From Nannocystis pusilla (GTDB lineage: Bacteria; Myxococcota_A; Polyangia; Nannocystales; Nannocystaceae), in the NCBI RefSeq assembly GCF_051105105.1, contig NZ_CP185339.1: a DNA stretch of 64,000 nt. One strand, written 5' to 3'. Below, piece by piece: positions 1 to 10,283 of this stretch (the stretch's first letter is position 1; each line of letters starts with the position of its first letter). Below the pieces are notes generated by a model. It was not told where the DNA came from. It worked only from the letters and a program-made list of their open reading frames with translations, and searched no databases. Position numbers and translations under genes: made by a program.

Positions 1-767
1 GAACCCGCTGAGGTAGCCGGCCTCGAAGCCGCGCAGGTTGTGGAGGTCCCAAGGCTCGAGCTTCTCGATCAGCGGCCGCGGCAACGACTGCGACGCGCAC
101 ACCAGCACGTCGTCGAAGCCGACGTGGACCGTCCCGCTCGCCGGGCGCCAGCGGGTCTTCTGCACCTGCCGCGTCTGCCGGTTGCCCTGCGCGTCGGTGT
201 ACGACTCGGTCACGTAGTAGTGATCGCCGCGCAGCCCCTTGTAGCGCGTCGTCGTCTGCGAGTCGTAGGTCCAGTACGGCAGGTAGACCCCGTCGATCCC
301 GTGGACCTGCGCCAGCCGCTTCAGGTCGTTGGGAGCGAACCACAGCTTGCGCACCCACTGCTGGAACGCCTCGCGCGCCTTCGGCCCGTCGATGCCGAAC
401 GGCAGCAGCGACTCGGGCGGCACGATCTCGCCGAGCTCCTTCACGTCCATCACCACCGGCGCGCCGCAGAAGGCGCAGCGACCGGCCTGTCCCGCCAGCA
501 TCGCCTGCGCGCCGCAGCCCTCGCACTGGACGCTGTGCCCGCCCAGCGTCGACGCCGGCGCACGGGCGACCCGCTGCAACATGGCCTCGAAGTCATGTTC
601 GAGGATCGACCGCTCGCCCTGGATCGCCTGCGTGTGACCGCAGTGGTTGCAGCGCAGCTGGTCCGAGCCGGGCGCGTACTCGAGGGCAGAGCCGCACTGC
701 TCGCAGGGGAACGTCAGCTTGCCCTCACCGAGGGCCACGTTGGTTTCGGGGTCGCGCTCGGCCATCG
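1..767 (-). CDS. Hypothetical protein with four zinc-ribbon-like CxxC pairs (CEQCG, CNHCG, CEGCG, CAFCG). Partial: the 3' end runs off the window.
   Basis: ATG at 765-767 on the minus strand. Reverse-complement translation begins MAERDPETNVALGEGKLTFPCEQCGSALEY with high GC3 throughout. The ORF track omits it because it hits the window edge. Confidence 0.6.
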
Positions 768-948
768 GGCGCGAGTGTACCCGAGCGCCCCGGTCGCTTG
801 CGACGGCCCGGGCCGCCCCGCTCGGCGGTGCGCGATCGTGCCTCCATGATCCGCCTCCGGCAGCCCCTTGCCTCGCGCGCGCGGCTCGTGCCTGCCGCCT
901 CCGCCCGCGCCCGTCGAGACCGTCCAGGAGCTCAAGGGACAGGTCCCG

Positions 949-1300
949 ATGGACAGCCTCGACCGCTTCTTCGTCGCCTTCAACGTCCCGCCCGGCACGC
1001 GCGAGATCGAGATCGCCCGCGACGCTCACCCGGACGACAACACCCTCGACTGGGGCCTCGTCGACCCGCAGGGTGTGTTCCGCGGCTGGGGCGGCGGCCG
1101 CGGCCTCGACGGCGTGCCATCACCGGCCACGACACCCCTCGCACCTCGACTTCTCCGCCGACGCCGGGCGCGTCCCCCCGACCGCCTGTTCGTCCCTGGC
1201 CGCGAGCTCACCACCTACGCCGGCGACATGAACGCCATCGGCGCGACCGCCCGGTCGACCACGAGCTCGGCCAGCCCGCCGAGGGCTCGCAGCTCCAGAA
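949..1300 (+). pseudogene. Possible degraded PHP-domain-like phosphoesterase fragment with scrambled reading frame
   Basis: High-GC3 coding signal hops between three frames within about 60 nt (1113-1175). Frame 0 reads MDSLDRFFVAFNVPPG...GLDGV, then AITGHDTP in frame -1, then HLDFSADAGRVPP in frame -2, then back to frame 0 for DRLFVPGRELTTYAGDMNAIG. The AITGHDT segment resembles the PHP motif. Confidence 0.2.
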
Positions 1301-1307
1301 GCATGGA

Positions 1308-1372
1308 AAGGACATGTCCCTCAAGTCATGTCTTTTCAAACACAACTAGGACCTGTCCTTTCGACCATCCAT
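1308..1372. repeat. Palindromic decamer element array (GGACATGTCC, AGTCATGTCT, GGACCTGTCC)
   Basis: GGACATGTCC at 1310-1319 and GGACCTGTCC at 1349-1358. Lies 3' of the methyltransferase gene and ends with the shared terminal motif CTGTCCtttcgaccaKCC. Confidence 0.7.
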
Positions 1373-1376
1373 CCGC

Positions 1377-2138
1377 TCACACCGCCCGCAGCACGTAGAA
1401 CGAATACCCGTAGTCCTCGGCGTGCGCGCGGAACATCGCCACCTCCGCCTCCGTCTCGCGGATGGCCGCGCGCATCGCCGCATCCGCCGTCGCACGGACC
1501 TCTTCCACCCGGCGCAGGCGCGGCCCGTAGTAGTTGTCCCACCACGCTCGCGCCGGCAGCCGATGCACGCCCAGCACCGCGAACCCCGCCTCACGCGCGC
1601 GCGCGGCGTTCGCCGCCTCGGTCCCCATCGTCGGATAACCGGCGGCCCAGAACTCGCGCGCCGCCGCGGCCGGCGTCTCGGTCCACCAGCTCGCCTCCGA
1701 GATCACCGCGAGCCCGCCCTGGGCCAGCAGCGGTCGCCAGCGCTGCACCGCGCCGGTGAACGTCAGGTGGTACGCCGCCCCCTCCGACCACAGCAAGTCG
1801 ATCGATCCCGCCGGCCAGTCGAGCGCTCCGAAGTCGGCCTCCACCGCGCGCACCAGCGACGCGAGCCCGCGCTCGCGCGCTCGCGCCTCGAGTTGGTCGA
1901 GGAACGCCCGCAACGCATCCACCGCGATCACCGGCACCCCGAACGTCTCCGCCAGCAGCAGCGCCCCGGCCCCCGCCCCGCAGCCGAGGTCGGCGATCCG
2001 CGGCGCCTCCGGCAGCGCCGGCAAGCCCGCCAGGAGCTCCCGGCTGAACTGCAGGTCTCCCGGCCCCATGCGCTCGAGCCCGCGGTGCAGCTCGATGAGC
2101 GCGGCCATCATCTCTTCTCCCGTGGGCTCGTCCGCCAT
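1377..2138 (-). CDS. Class I SAM-dependent methyltransferase
   Basis: The C-terminal 253 aa of ORF 1377..3509 starts MADEPTGEEMMAALIELH and carries the SAM-binding motif DLGCGAGAGALLLAE. Upstream codons have low GC3, so the start is placed at the ATG at 2138. Confidence 0.8.
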   Translation of the reverse strand: MADEPTGEEMMAALIELHRGLERMGPGDLQFSRELLAGLPALPEAPRIADLGCGAGAGALLLAETFGVPVIAVDALRAFLDQLEARARERGLASLVRAVEADFGALDWPAGSIDLLWSEGAAYHLTFTGAVQRWRPLLAQGGLAVISEASWWTETPAAAAREFWAAGYPTMGTEAANAARAREAGFAVLGVHRLPARAWWDNYYGPRLRRVEEVRATADAAMRAAIRETEAEVAMFRAHAEDYGYSFYVLRAV

Positions 2139-2197
2139 GCCGCCACGATACCACCCTTCTCCGCCCTCGATCGCCCGCCCGATCACGTGACTCTTCC

Positions 2198-2258
2198 ACC
2201 ATGTCCCTTCAGACATGCGCATGCTCCCGCCTCGCGGTGTATGCTCGCGCGCATGTCC
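2198..2258. repeat. Palindromic element cluster in the divergent promoter region (ATGTCC, AGACATGCGC, GCATGTCC)
   Basis: CATGYCC-type half sites lie between the methyltransferase start (2138) and the hydratase start (2253). Confidence 0.5.
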
Positions 2259-3038
2259 ACGGACCGCCGGATCTCGACCCAGACACACGGCCACGTGCGG
2301 ATGATCGGCCTCGACCGCGCCGCCAAGCGCAACGCCTTCGACCTCGCCATGCTGCGGCAGCTGGCCGAGGCCTTCACTGAATTCGAGGACGACCCGCAGC
2401 TGCGCTGCGCCGTCGTGTTCGCCCACGGCGACCACTTCACCGCCGGCCTCGACCTCGCCGAGGTCGGCCCCGCCGTCGCGCGCGGCGAGCCGTTGTTCCC
2501 CGCCGGCGCCGTCGACCCGCTCGGCCTCTACGGCCGCGTCCGCAGCAAGCCGGTCGTGCTGGCGGTCCAGGGCTACTGTCTGACCCTCGGCATCGAGTTG
2601 ATGCTGGCCGCCGACATCCGGATCGCCGCCAACGACGCGCGCTTCGGCCAGATCGAGATCCGGCGCGGGATCTTCCCGTTCGGCGGCGCCACCTTGCGGC
2701 TGCCGCAGGTCGCCGGGTGGGGCAACGCGATGCGCTGGCTCCTCACCGGCGACATGTTCGACGCGGCCGAGGCGCTGCGGATCGGCCTCGCGCAGGAAGT
2801 CGTCGAGCCCGGGCGGCAGGTCGAGCGGGCCGCCGAGATCGCGGCCACGATCGCCGCCCAGGCCCCGCTCGGCGTGCGGGCGACCCTCGCCACCGCCCGG
2901 ACCACCGTCGAGCGCGGCCCCGAAGCCGCCCTCGCTGGCATGATGGCCGAGGTCCGCGCGATCATGGGCTCGGACGACGCGCGCGAGGGCATGCAGTCGT
3001 TCGTCGAGCGCCGGGCGGCGAAGTTCACCGGCGCCTGA
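2253..3038 (+). CDS. Enoyl-CoA hydratase/isomerase (crotonase) family protein
   Basis: Translation MSTDRRISTQTHGHVRMIGLDRAAKRNAF, then FAHGDHFTAGLDL, then ELMLAADIRIAANDARFG. The crotonase fold pattern is recognisable. Confidence 0.85.
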   Translation: MSTDRRISTQTHGHVRMIGLDRAAKRNAFDLAMLRQLAEAFTEFEDDPQLRCAVVFAHGDHFTAGLDLAEVGPAVARGEPLFPAGAVDPLGLYGRVRSKPVVLAVQGYCLTLGIELMLAADIRIAANDARFGQIEIRRGIFPFGGATLRLPQVAGWGNAMRWLLTGDMFDAAEALRIGLAQEVVEPGRQVERAAEIAATIAAQAPLGVRATLATARTTVERGPEAALAGMMAEVRAIMGSDDAREGMQSFVERRAAKFTGA

Positions 3039-3167
3039 CCTTTGGGCCAGGCCCCGCGGCGAGCCCGCGCTGGCCGCTCGCCCGCCGCGCCGGTTCGTGG
3101 CGACCCGCGAGGACAGGGTTATACTCGCGCGGCACGGCGCGGCGACCGCGCCACGAAGGAGACAGCG

Positions 3168-3455
3168 ATGAAGATCGACCTGGAGAAGTTCCTCGCGGCC
3201 ACCATGCTGCTCGCCACCGCCGCCACCCCGGCCTGCGGCAGCAAGGACGCCAAGAAAGTCGAGACCAAGGCCGACACCAAGACCGCGGCCCCGCCGCCCG
3301 CTCAACCGCAGCCGACCCCGGCGCCGGTCGCCGCTCCGCCCGCTGCGCCCGAGGCCGCCCCGCCGGCGACCCCGCCCCCGTCGGCAGCCACCGACAAGCC
3401 GTCCGGCGCCGCCAAGCCCGACCCGGGCCCCGAGGAAGAGAAGCCCTCCTGGTGA
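3168..3455 (+). CDS. Small Pro/Ala-rich lipoprotein
   Basis: AAGGAG ribosome-binding site 6 nt upstream. Translation MKIDLEKFLAATMLLATAATPACGSKD suggests a signal peptide with a lipobox-like Cys; the tail is low-complexity PA-rich. Confidence 0.6.
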   Translation: MKIDLEKFLAATMLLATAATPACGSKDAKKVETKADTKTAAPPPAQPQPTPAPVAAPPAAPEAAPPATPPPSAATDKPSGAAKPDPGPEEEKPSW

Positions 3456-3459
3456 CCTT

Positions 3460-3580
3460 CCGGGCATGTCCTCCGCGACATGCCCCATCGGACCTGCCCT
3501 CTTTGCCATGCCCCGAGAGCCACCCGCGCTCTCGGGGCATTTCGTCTAACTGTCCCGCAGGCCATGTCCCGCGGGACAGC
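3460..3580. repeat. Palindromic decamer element array with about seven half-sites (GGGCATGTCC, GACATGCCCC, GGACCTGCCC, GCCATGCCCC, GGCCATGTCC, GGGACAGC)
   Basis: Fills the convergent intergenic gap between the lipoprotein stop (3455) and the epimerase stop (3584). Confidence 0.75.
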
Positions 3581-3583
3581 CGC

Positions 3584-4609
3584 TCAGATCCGCGTCTCGC
3601 TGCTCGCCAGGCGCTTCTTGCCGAGCATCCCCGCGGCGTCGAACCACTCGTAGATGTCGCGCACGCTGTCCGCGAACGGCCGGACCGTGTAGCCGAGCGC
3701 GCGCGCGGCCTTGCCGTGGTCGAAGCGCGCGCGGGTGGCCAGCACCGACAGCGACTCGTGGGTGTAGAGCGGCTCCTGCCGCATCACCGCGCCGGCGACC
3801 CCGAACAGCGGCACCCCGATGCGCGCGAACCAGATCGGCGCCACCAGCCGCGGCGGCTTGACGCCGGTGATGGCCTCGGCGATGGCTCCGATGTCGCGCA
3901 CGTGGACCGTGTGCCCCGTCAGCAGGTAGTTCTCGCCGCTCTCGCCGCGGGCCTGCGCGGCCAGCATCCCGGCCACCACGTCGCGCACGTCGACGAAGTC
4001 GAACGCCCCGTCGATCAGGCTCGGCAGCGACCGCCGGTACAGCTGCAGGAACATCCGGCCCATGCGCGACGGCCCGAAGTCGTACGGCCCGATCACGCCC
4101 GAGGGATGCACGATCACTGCGTCGAGGCCGCGACCCATCACCTCGCGGAGCGCCCGCTCGCCGGCCGCCTTCGAGCGGTCGTACGCGAAGTGGCTCGGCT
4201 CGTCGGGCACCCGCGGCCAGCGCTCGTCGACCTCCACGCCGCTCGTGCCCTCGCGGTAGAGGTCGAACGCGTGGACCGAGCTGCAGTGGATCAGCCGGCG
4301 CACGCCCGCCGCCAGTGCCGCCTCGGCGATCGAGCGCACGCCGTCGACGTTGACCGCGCGCACCAGCCCCCGCGGGTCGCCCGAGATCGAGATCTGGGCC
4401 GCGAGGTGATACACGACGTCGACGCCCGCGGTCGCGCGGCGCGCCGCGTCCGGATCGCGCACGTCGCCGGTGACGCGTTCGACGTCGAGTCCCGCGAGCG
4501 CGCGCTGGGAATTGCGGACGAGCACGCGGACGCGCTCGCCGCGAGACAGCAACGTACGGACTAAATTCGCGCCGATGTGACCCGCGGCGCCGGTGACGAG
4601 GACGGTCAT
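3584..4609 (-). CDS. NAD-dependent epimerase/dehydratase (extended SDR)
   Basis: Translation MTVLVTGAAGHIGANLVR gives a GxxGxxG Rossmann motif, and YxxxK is present as YDRSK. This is the 341 aa C-terminal part of ORF 3584..4795. Confidence 0.85.
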   Translation of the reverse strand: MTVLVTGAAGHIGANLVRTLLSRGERVRVLVRNSQRALAGLDVERVTGDVRDPDAARRATAGVDVVYHLAAQISISGDPRGLVRAVNVDGVRSIAEAALAAGVRRLIHCSSVHAFDLYREGTSGVEVDERWPRVPDEPSHFAYDRSKAAGERALREVMGRGLDAVIVHPSGVIGPYDFGPSRMGRMFLQLYRRSLPSLIDGAFDFVDVRDVVAGMLAAQARGESGENYLLTGHTVHVRDIGAIAEAITGVKPPRLVAPIWFARIGVPLFGVAGAVMRQEPLYTHESLSVLATRARFDHGKAARALGYTVRPFADSVRDIYEWFDAAGMLGKKRLASSETRI

Positions 4610-4697
4610 GCGATCGGCGGGATGATACAGGCGCGCGGCATTGCGCCTCAAGCCCGACACGACAGCGCAGCACCGTCGGGTTAGCCTGGACCCGCAG

Positions 4698-7600
4698 ATG
4701 TCGCGCGCCGGCGGTGATCCCACCCCGCGGTCCTCCGGGCCGGACCCCGATCCCACGCTTGTCGGCGACCTTCCTCCGCGACCGGATTTCGCCACCGACG
4801 AGACTCTGGCCGGAGATCTGTCGCCCCGCGCGCGGCCTGCCGCGAGCCCCCCGAGCCCGCCCCCGGACCTCGACCGCTCGTCGCTGTCGCAGCGCGAGCG
4901 CGCGCTTCAGCTCACCCGTTACGTCCTCATGCGTCGCCTCGGCGCCGGCGGCATGGGTGTCGTCTACCTCGCCTACGACCCCAGCCTCGATCGCAAGGTC
5001 GCGATCAAGCTGCTGCGCGTGGCCCCCGGCGACGGCCCCGCCCAGGCCGCGCACGCCCGCCTGCTGCGCGAGGCCCAGGCGCTGGCCCGGCTGTCGCACG
5101 GCAACGTCGTCGCGGTCCACGACGTCGGCAGCTACGACGCCGACGCCCTGACCACCATGAGGATCGGCCCGCACCGCACGGAGCCTGTCCCGAAGGACAG
5201 GATGCCGCAGGCCGCCGGCGTGTTCCTGGTGATGGAGTACGTCCCCGGCATCACCCTCGCCCAGTGGCTCGACGACCGCGTCCGCGGCGTCCGCGAGGTC
5301 CTCGACGTGTTCCTCGCCGCCGGCCGCGGCCTCGTCGCCGCCCACGCCGTCGGCATCATCCACCGCGACTTCAAGCCCGGCAACGTCCTGGTCGGAGAGA
5401 CAGGTCGGATCTGCGTGTTCGACTTCGGCCTGGCGCGGCCCGCCGGCGAGGTCGAGCCGACGAGCCCCGCCGGCTCGCCCGACCCTCACGCCCCGATCGA
5501 CCCGCTGTCCTCGTCGCTGGTGTCCGGCCCGCTCACCCGCGTGGGCACCCTCGTCGGCACGCCGGCCTACATGGCCCCGGAGCAGCGGGGCGGCGCGGCG
5601 ATCGACGAGCGCGCCGATCAGTTCAGCTTCTGCGTCGCGCTCTACGAGGGCCTGTACGGCAACCGCCCGTTCAGCGGCGACAATCTGTTCGCGCTCGAGG
5701 CGGCCAAGGCCCGGGGCCGCGTCGATCCGCCGCGGCGCCCCACCAAGGTCCCGCCGGCGATCCACCGCGCCATCCTCCGCGGCCTCTCGGCTGAACCCGG
5801 GGACAGGTGGCCGTCGATGCAGGCGCTGCTCGACGCGCTCGAGCGGCCGCTGCGGCGCGATCGCCGGCGCTGGGCCCTCGTCGGCGGCGGCGCGTCGCTC
5901 GTCGCCGGCGCCCTCGCCTTCGCCCTCGCCGGCGAAGCGCCCGCGCTGTGCACCGGGGCCGCCGAGGCGCTCGCGCCGACGTGGAACCCCGAGCGCCGCG
6001 CCGCCCTCGACGCCGCCTTCGCGGCCACCGGCCTGCCCTACGCCCCCGACGCGGCCGCGCGCGCCGGCGCCCGCGTCGACGCCTGGGCCGAGGCGTGGAT
6101 CGCCGGCCACACCGACGCGTGCGCGGCGGCCAACATCCGCGGCGAGCAATCACATGACCTTTTGGACAGGCGCATGCACTGCCTCGAGGATCGCCGCCAC
6201 GAGCTCGACGCCTTGCTCGGCGTGCTCGCCGGGGCCGACGCCGACGCCGTCGCGCACGCCCACGACGCCGTCGAGGCCTTGCCGTCCCCGGCCCGCTGCG
6301 CCGACCTCGACGCCCTCCGCGCCGCCGTCGCCCCGCCCGCGCCGGCGCTCGCCGAAGCGGTGCAGGGCCTGCGCGACCAGCTCTCGCTCGCCAGCGCCGA
6401 GGCGGCGGCCGGCCACCCCGGCGCCGGTCTCAACCTGCTCGCGGCCGCCGAGCAGCGCTCGCGCGACCTCGGCTATCGCCCGCTGCGCGCCGAGGTGCTG
6501 GCGCAGCTCGCCGAGCAGCTGTTCGTCGCCAGCAAGTACGACGACGGCGTCCGCGTCTACGGCGACGCCTACTGGGAGGCGCTCGCCGCCGGCCACGACC
6601 GCCTGGCCTTCGAGACAGCCAGCGGCTTCGCCGGCCGCCTGGCGCAGACCCTCGGCCACCCCGACGACGCCCAGCCGTGGCTGCGCCACGCCGAGGCCCT
6701 GTACGAGCGCCTCGGTCGCCCGCCCCGCCTCGGCGGCGACCTCGAGTTCCGCCGCGGCCAGATCGCCGAGGCCCGCCGCGAGTACGTCACCGCCATCGAC
6801 CACTACCGCCGCTCGCTCGCCGACCTGCCCGAGCGCTCGATCTCCTCCGTCACCACCCGCCAGAACCTCGCCAACGTCCACCTCAGCCTCGGTCAGCTCG
6901 ACCCGGCGCAGATCATCTTCGAGGACCTCCTGGCCCTGCGCCGCGACATCTACGGCGAGGGTCACCCGAGCAACGCCTTCTCGCTGGGCGACCTCGGCAA
7001 CGTCGCCACCCTGCGCGGCGACTTCGACACCGCCGAGCAGCACCAGCGCGCCGCCCTGACAATCCTCCGCGCCGCCCTGCCGCCGCGCCACGAGCGGCTC
7101 GCCTACCCGCTGTCGGCGTTGGCCGACATCGCCGCCCAGCGCGGCGACTTCGGCGCGGCCCTCGACGCCTACGAGGAGGCGCGGGCGATCTGGGAGCACA
7201 ACTTCGGCCCGCTGAGCACCCGCGTGGCCGCCATGCTCGAGCGGCTCGCCTCGGTCCAGCTGGTGCGCGGCGAGCTCGGGCTGGCCGAGCAGCACGCCAC
7301 CCGCGCGCTCGCCATCTGGAGCGCCGCGCAGAGCCCCGACCCTCAGGGCATCGTGCTGGCCCACCTCGCCCTCGCGCAGATCGAGCTCGCCCGCGACAAC
7401 TACGCCGCCGCCCGCGACCACACCGACCAGGCCCTGCCCCTGTCCGCCTCGGTGCTCGGCGAGGACAACCTCTATACCGCCGTCAGCCGGGCGATCCGGG
7501 GGGTCGCGCTCGCGGGCCTCGGCGACCTGTCGGGGGCCGAGCGCGAGGCCGACGCCGCCGTCGCGGCGATCGAGCGCAACTACGGCGGCGACTCGCTGTG

Positions 7601-7886
7601 GATGTCCGAAGTCCTGACCCCCCGCGCCAAGGTGCGGCAGTCGCAAGGTCGCCTCGACGACGCCCGCCGCGATCTCGAGCGCAGCATTTCCTTGCTCGAT
7701 CCGCGCAACGCCCCCATCCAGCGCGCCCAGGCCGAATTTCTGCTCGCACAGGTGCTCTGGGGCTCTCGCGGAGATCGCGCACAGGCACGCACCCTCGCTG
7801 TCTCGGCGCAGACCCTGTTCCGAAAAGCAGGGGCGAAGCGCTACCAGGCCGAGGTCGACGCCTGGCTCGAGCGTCACCCGGCCTGA
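4698..7886 (+). CDS. Ser/Thr protein kinase with C-terminal TPR repeats
   Basis: Kinase motifs are present: GAGGMGVVY, the AIK lysine, HRDFKPGNVL, DFGLA and GTPAYMAPE. The C-terminal half is a TPR-like helical repeat region. About 22 extra residues sit between subdomains IV and V and coincide with a palindromic element copy. Confidence 0.9.
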   Translation: MSRAGGDPTPRSSGPDPDPTLVGDLPPRPDFATDETLAGDLSPRARPAASPPSPPPDLDRSSLSQRERALQLTRYVLMRRLGAGGMGVVYLAYDPSLDRKVAIKLLRVAPGDGPAQAAHARLLREAQALARLSHGNVVAVHDVGSYDADALTTMRIGPHRTEPVPKDRMPQAAGVFLVMEYVPGITLAQWLDDRVRGVREVLDVFLAAGRGLVAAHAVGIIHRDFKPGNVLVGETGRICVFDFGLARPAGEVEPTSPAGSPDPHAPIDPLSSSLVSGPLTRVGTLVGTPAYMAPEQRGGAAIDERADQFSFCVALYEGLYGNRPFSGDNLFALEAAKARGRVDPPRRPTKVPPAIHRAILRGLSAEPGDRWPSMQALLDALERPLRRDRRRWALVGGGASLVAGALAFALAGEAPALCTGAAEALAPTWNPERRAALDAAFAATGLPYAPDAAARAGARVDAWAEAWIAGHTDACAAANIRGEQSHDLLDRRMHCLEDRRHELDALLGVLAGADADAVAHAHDAVEALPSPARCADLDALRAAVAPPAPALAEAVQGLRDQLSLASAEAAAGHPGAGLNLLAAAEQRSRDLGYRPLRAEVLAQLAEQLFVASKYDDGVRVYGDAYWEALAAGHDRLAFETASGFAGRLAQTLGHPDDAQPWLRHAEALYERLGRPPRLGGDLEFRRGQIAEARREYVTAIDHYRRSLADLPERSISSVTTRQNLANVHLSLGQLDPAQIIFEDLLALRRDIYGEGHPSNAFSLGDLGNVATLRGDFDTAEQHQRAALTILRAALPPRHERLAYPLSALADIAAQRGDFGAALDAYEEARAIWEHNFGPLSTRVAAMLERLASVQLVRGELGLAEQHATRALAIWSAAQSPDPQGIVLAHLALAQIELARDNYAAARDHTDQALPLSASVLGEDNLYTAVSRAIRGVALAGLGDLSGAEREADAAVAAIERNYGGDSLWMSEVLTPRAKVRQSQGRLDDARRDLERSISLLDPRNAPIQRAQAEFLLAQVLWGSRGDRAQARTLAVSAQTLFRKAGAKRYQAEVDAWLERHPA

Positions 7887-7888
7887 TG

Positions 7889-7935
7889 TTCGCATGTCCT
7901 TTCCGCCATGTCGCAACCGACATCCGGCTAAAAGC
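7889..7935. repeat. Palindromic element (CGCATGTCC, GCCATGTCG, GACATCCGG)
   Basis: Lies immediately 3' of the kinase stop. Confidence 0.6.
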
Positions 7936-8121
7936 CCTAGGGGATCGAGCAGGGCACCGGAACCGTGATCGCGGCGACGCCTCGCCCCAGGAGGGTCGCG
8001 CCGCGGACCTACCTTGTGCGCCGGATCGCGGGCCGTCCGCTCGCCGGTCTTGCGACCACGTCACAGAAATTTCGTCGGTCGGCGCTGGCGCATCGGCCAG
8101 CGTCGTGGGAAAGATCAGCGC

Positions 8122-10206
8122 ATGTTGTCCTGCTCTGGCCTGGTCTCGCGCGCGTGCCTCACGGTCACGTGGCTCGCCCTCGCCGGCTGTTACAGCGGCT
8201 TCTCGGGCGCCATCCCTGACGAGCAGACGCCGCCGACGCGCCCGCCCGTCAGCCAGGGCCCGCTGGGCGGCCCCCAGCTGTCGCCGCTCGACCTCGACGC
8301 GCTCTCGCCCGACCCGGCGCCCGGCGGCGTCGCCTTCGACCTCCACGTCACCGGCGCCGGCTTCACGCGCTCCAGCGTCGTCGTCGTCGCCGGCCAGGAG
8401 TTGCCGACCACCTTCGTCTCGGGCGGCGAGCTGCACGCTCACAGCGGCCCGCGCAAGCGCGGCGACTACGAGGTGCTGGTCCGCCGCGACGACGAGGAGT
8501 CGCGTCCGCTGACCCTCGCCGTCGAACGCTCGGCCCCGCGGATCCTCGTCCCCGCCGAGGTCGGGGTCGACGAGGACACCGAGGTCGGCCTCGTCGTCGA
8601 CGTCGTCGACGTCGCCGATCCTGCGGCCCTGCGCGTCCACGTGCTCGGCCTGCCGCCGGGCGCCACCTGGGACGAGCCGACCCGCACCTTCCGCTTCACC
8701 CCCGACTTCACCCAGGGCGGCGATCGCTGGACCGTCACCGTGCTCGCCCACGACCACGAGTCGCGCGTCGAGGCCACCTTCAACGTCGTCGTCCGCGACA
8801 CCATCCAGCCGCCGTGGCCCGAGGTCGTCGACACCGAGTTCCTCGACGGCAGCGGCTATGTCCGTTACCACCTGTCCCAAAAGACAGATGATTACCTCGA
8901 CAGCCCGGGCTACGCCGGCCGCGAGTTCGTCGCCAAGGTGATGGTCCCGCTCGAGGTCCCGCCCGAGGGCGTGCCGGTGCGGATCGGCCTGCACGGCTTC
9001 GCCACCGCCAACCCCGGCGGCACCGGCTCGGCCAACGAGATCCGGATCTCCCCGCACGACCCCGACAACACCTACTGGTGGGGCTACGCCTCGTCGCTGC
9101 CCGACGTCGAGCCCGCGGCCGGCGGCGCCGCGCCAGACTACACCGCGCGCCGCGTGCTCCACCTCGTCGAGTACGTCCTGCGCCACCACCCCGAGGCCGA
9201 CCCGCAGCGCGTCTACGTCTACGGCAGCTCGATGGGCGGCGCCGGGGCGATGCTGCTCGGCCTCCTGCGCGGGCGTCACTTCGCTTACATCGACGCGCGC
9301 CTCGGCCAGGCGATCGCGCGCAACCACCGGCCGTCGCGGATCACCCAGCTGTCCGGCTGGTGGGGCGCGCCGGAGCTCGACCTCGACGGCGGCGGCGGTC
9401 TGTCGGCCTGGGATCACATGGACCTCACGCGCGCCCTCGCCGAGTCGAGCGAGGCCCGCGACCAGTTCCTGTTCCTCAAGCACGGCAAGGACGACCCGAC
9501 CATCCACTTCGGCGCCACCGTCCTGCCGAGCCCGCGCACCGGCGAGAGCTTCTATCAGGCGCTGCAGAGCCGGGGCGTCGGCCACTTCGCCATCTGGGAC
9601 GAGGGCGGCCACGGCGTCGCCGATCCTGTCCTCGGGGACAGCTGGTGGGCCGGCTCGTGGGCGCCGATCAGCGGCGACGAGGCCACGCTGCGCCGCGACC
9701 GGGCGTTCCCTGCCTTCTCGTACTCCTCGCTCGACGACGACCCCGGCGTCGGCGTCGGCAACGGCAAGCAGGACTGGAGCGCCAACGCGGGCTTCGCCGG
9801 CGAGGTCGCCGTCGCCGGCGACACCGGCTGGGACGGCGCCATCGCCGGCGCGCTCGGCCGGTTCCTCCGCTGGGACGGCGCCTCGGTGGTCGACACCGTC
9901 GATCGCCTGCAATTCGCCCTGCGCGTCCACGCCGGCGACGGGGCCGACCCGCCGGCCCCCGGCTACCCGAGCGAGGGCGACCGGGTGATGGCCGAGCTGC
10001 CCGCGTTCGTCGACGTGACCCCGCGCCGCGCCCAGGCGTTCCGCTGCCGCCCCGGCGAGCGCGTCGCCTGGTCGTTCGGCCAGGACCACGGCGAGGTGGT
10101 CGCCGGCCCCGACGGCAGCGTCACGATCCCCGCCCTGCCGCTGACCGACACCTGGACCACTCTGGTCCTGCGCCGCACGCTCACGGTGATCGCCGCCTCG
10201 CACTGA
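8122..10206 (+). CDS. Lipoprotein: alpha/beta-hydrolase (esterase or S9-peptidase-like) with an N-terminal Ig/TIG-like domain
   Basis: Translation MLSCSGLVSRACLTVTWLALAGCYSG has a LAGC lipobox. The GxSxG nucleophile elbow appears as YGSSMGGAG. Confidence 0.75.
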   Translation: MLSCSGLVSRACLTVTWLALAGCYSGFSGAIPDEQTPPTRPPVSQGPLGGPQLSPLDLDALSPDPAPGGVAFDLHVTGAGFTRSSVVVVAGQELPTTFVSGGELHAHSGPRKRGDYEVLVRRDDEESRPLTLAVERSAPRILVPAEVGVDEDTEVGLVVDVVDVADPAALRVHVLGLPPGATWDEPTRTFRFTPDFTQGGDRWTVTVLAHDHESRVEATFNVVVRDTIQPPWPEVVDTEFLDGSGYVRYHLSQKTDDYLDSPGYAGREFVAKVMVPLEVPPEGVPVRIGLHGFATANPGGTGSANEIRISPHDPDNTYWWGYASSLPDVEPAAGGAAPDYTARRVLHLVEYVLRHHPEADPQRVYVYGSSMGGAGAMLLGLLRGRHFAYIDARLGQAIARNHRPSRITQLSGWWGAPELDLDGGGGLSAWDHMDLTRALAESSEARDQFLFLKHGKDDPTIHFGATVLPSPRTGESFYQALQSRGVGHFAIWDEGGHGVADPVLGDSWWAGSWAPISGDEATLRRDRAFPAFSYSSLDDDPGVGVGNGKQDWSANAGFAGEVAVAGDTGWDGAIAGALGRFLRWDGASVVDTVDRLQFALRVHAGDGADPPAPGYPSEGDRVMAELPAFVDVTPRRAQAFRCRPGERVAWSFGQDHGEVVAGPDGSVTIPALPLTDTWTTLVLRRTLTVIAASH

Positions 10207-10283
10207 CCTGGCCATGAGCGCGACGCCGCCGCGTTTGCGCGCTCCGGCGGCCGCCCTCGACGAAGGCCGCTCGCTGCGGTTAG

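Noticed and set aside
1310-1319. GGACATGTCC equals the consensus p53 response-element half-site (RRRCATGYYY)
   Set aside because: A coincidence of a CATG-centred palindrome; there is no biological relevance in a bacterium.
3546-6149. Very long antisense ORFs. Examples: 3546-6149 minus (867 aa), 7483-10215 minus (910 aa), 31265-34486 plus (1073 aa) and 27773-28867 minus. They are Arg/Ala/Gly-rich.
   Set aside because: Their codon third positions are not GC-enriched and the proteins are low-complexity. They mirror real genes on the opposite strand or in another frame (kinase, hydrolase, mdh, pepF). This is the typical open-frame artefact of a 70% GC genome.
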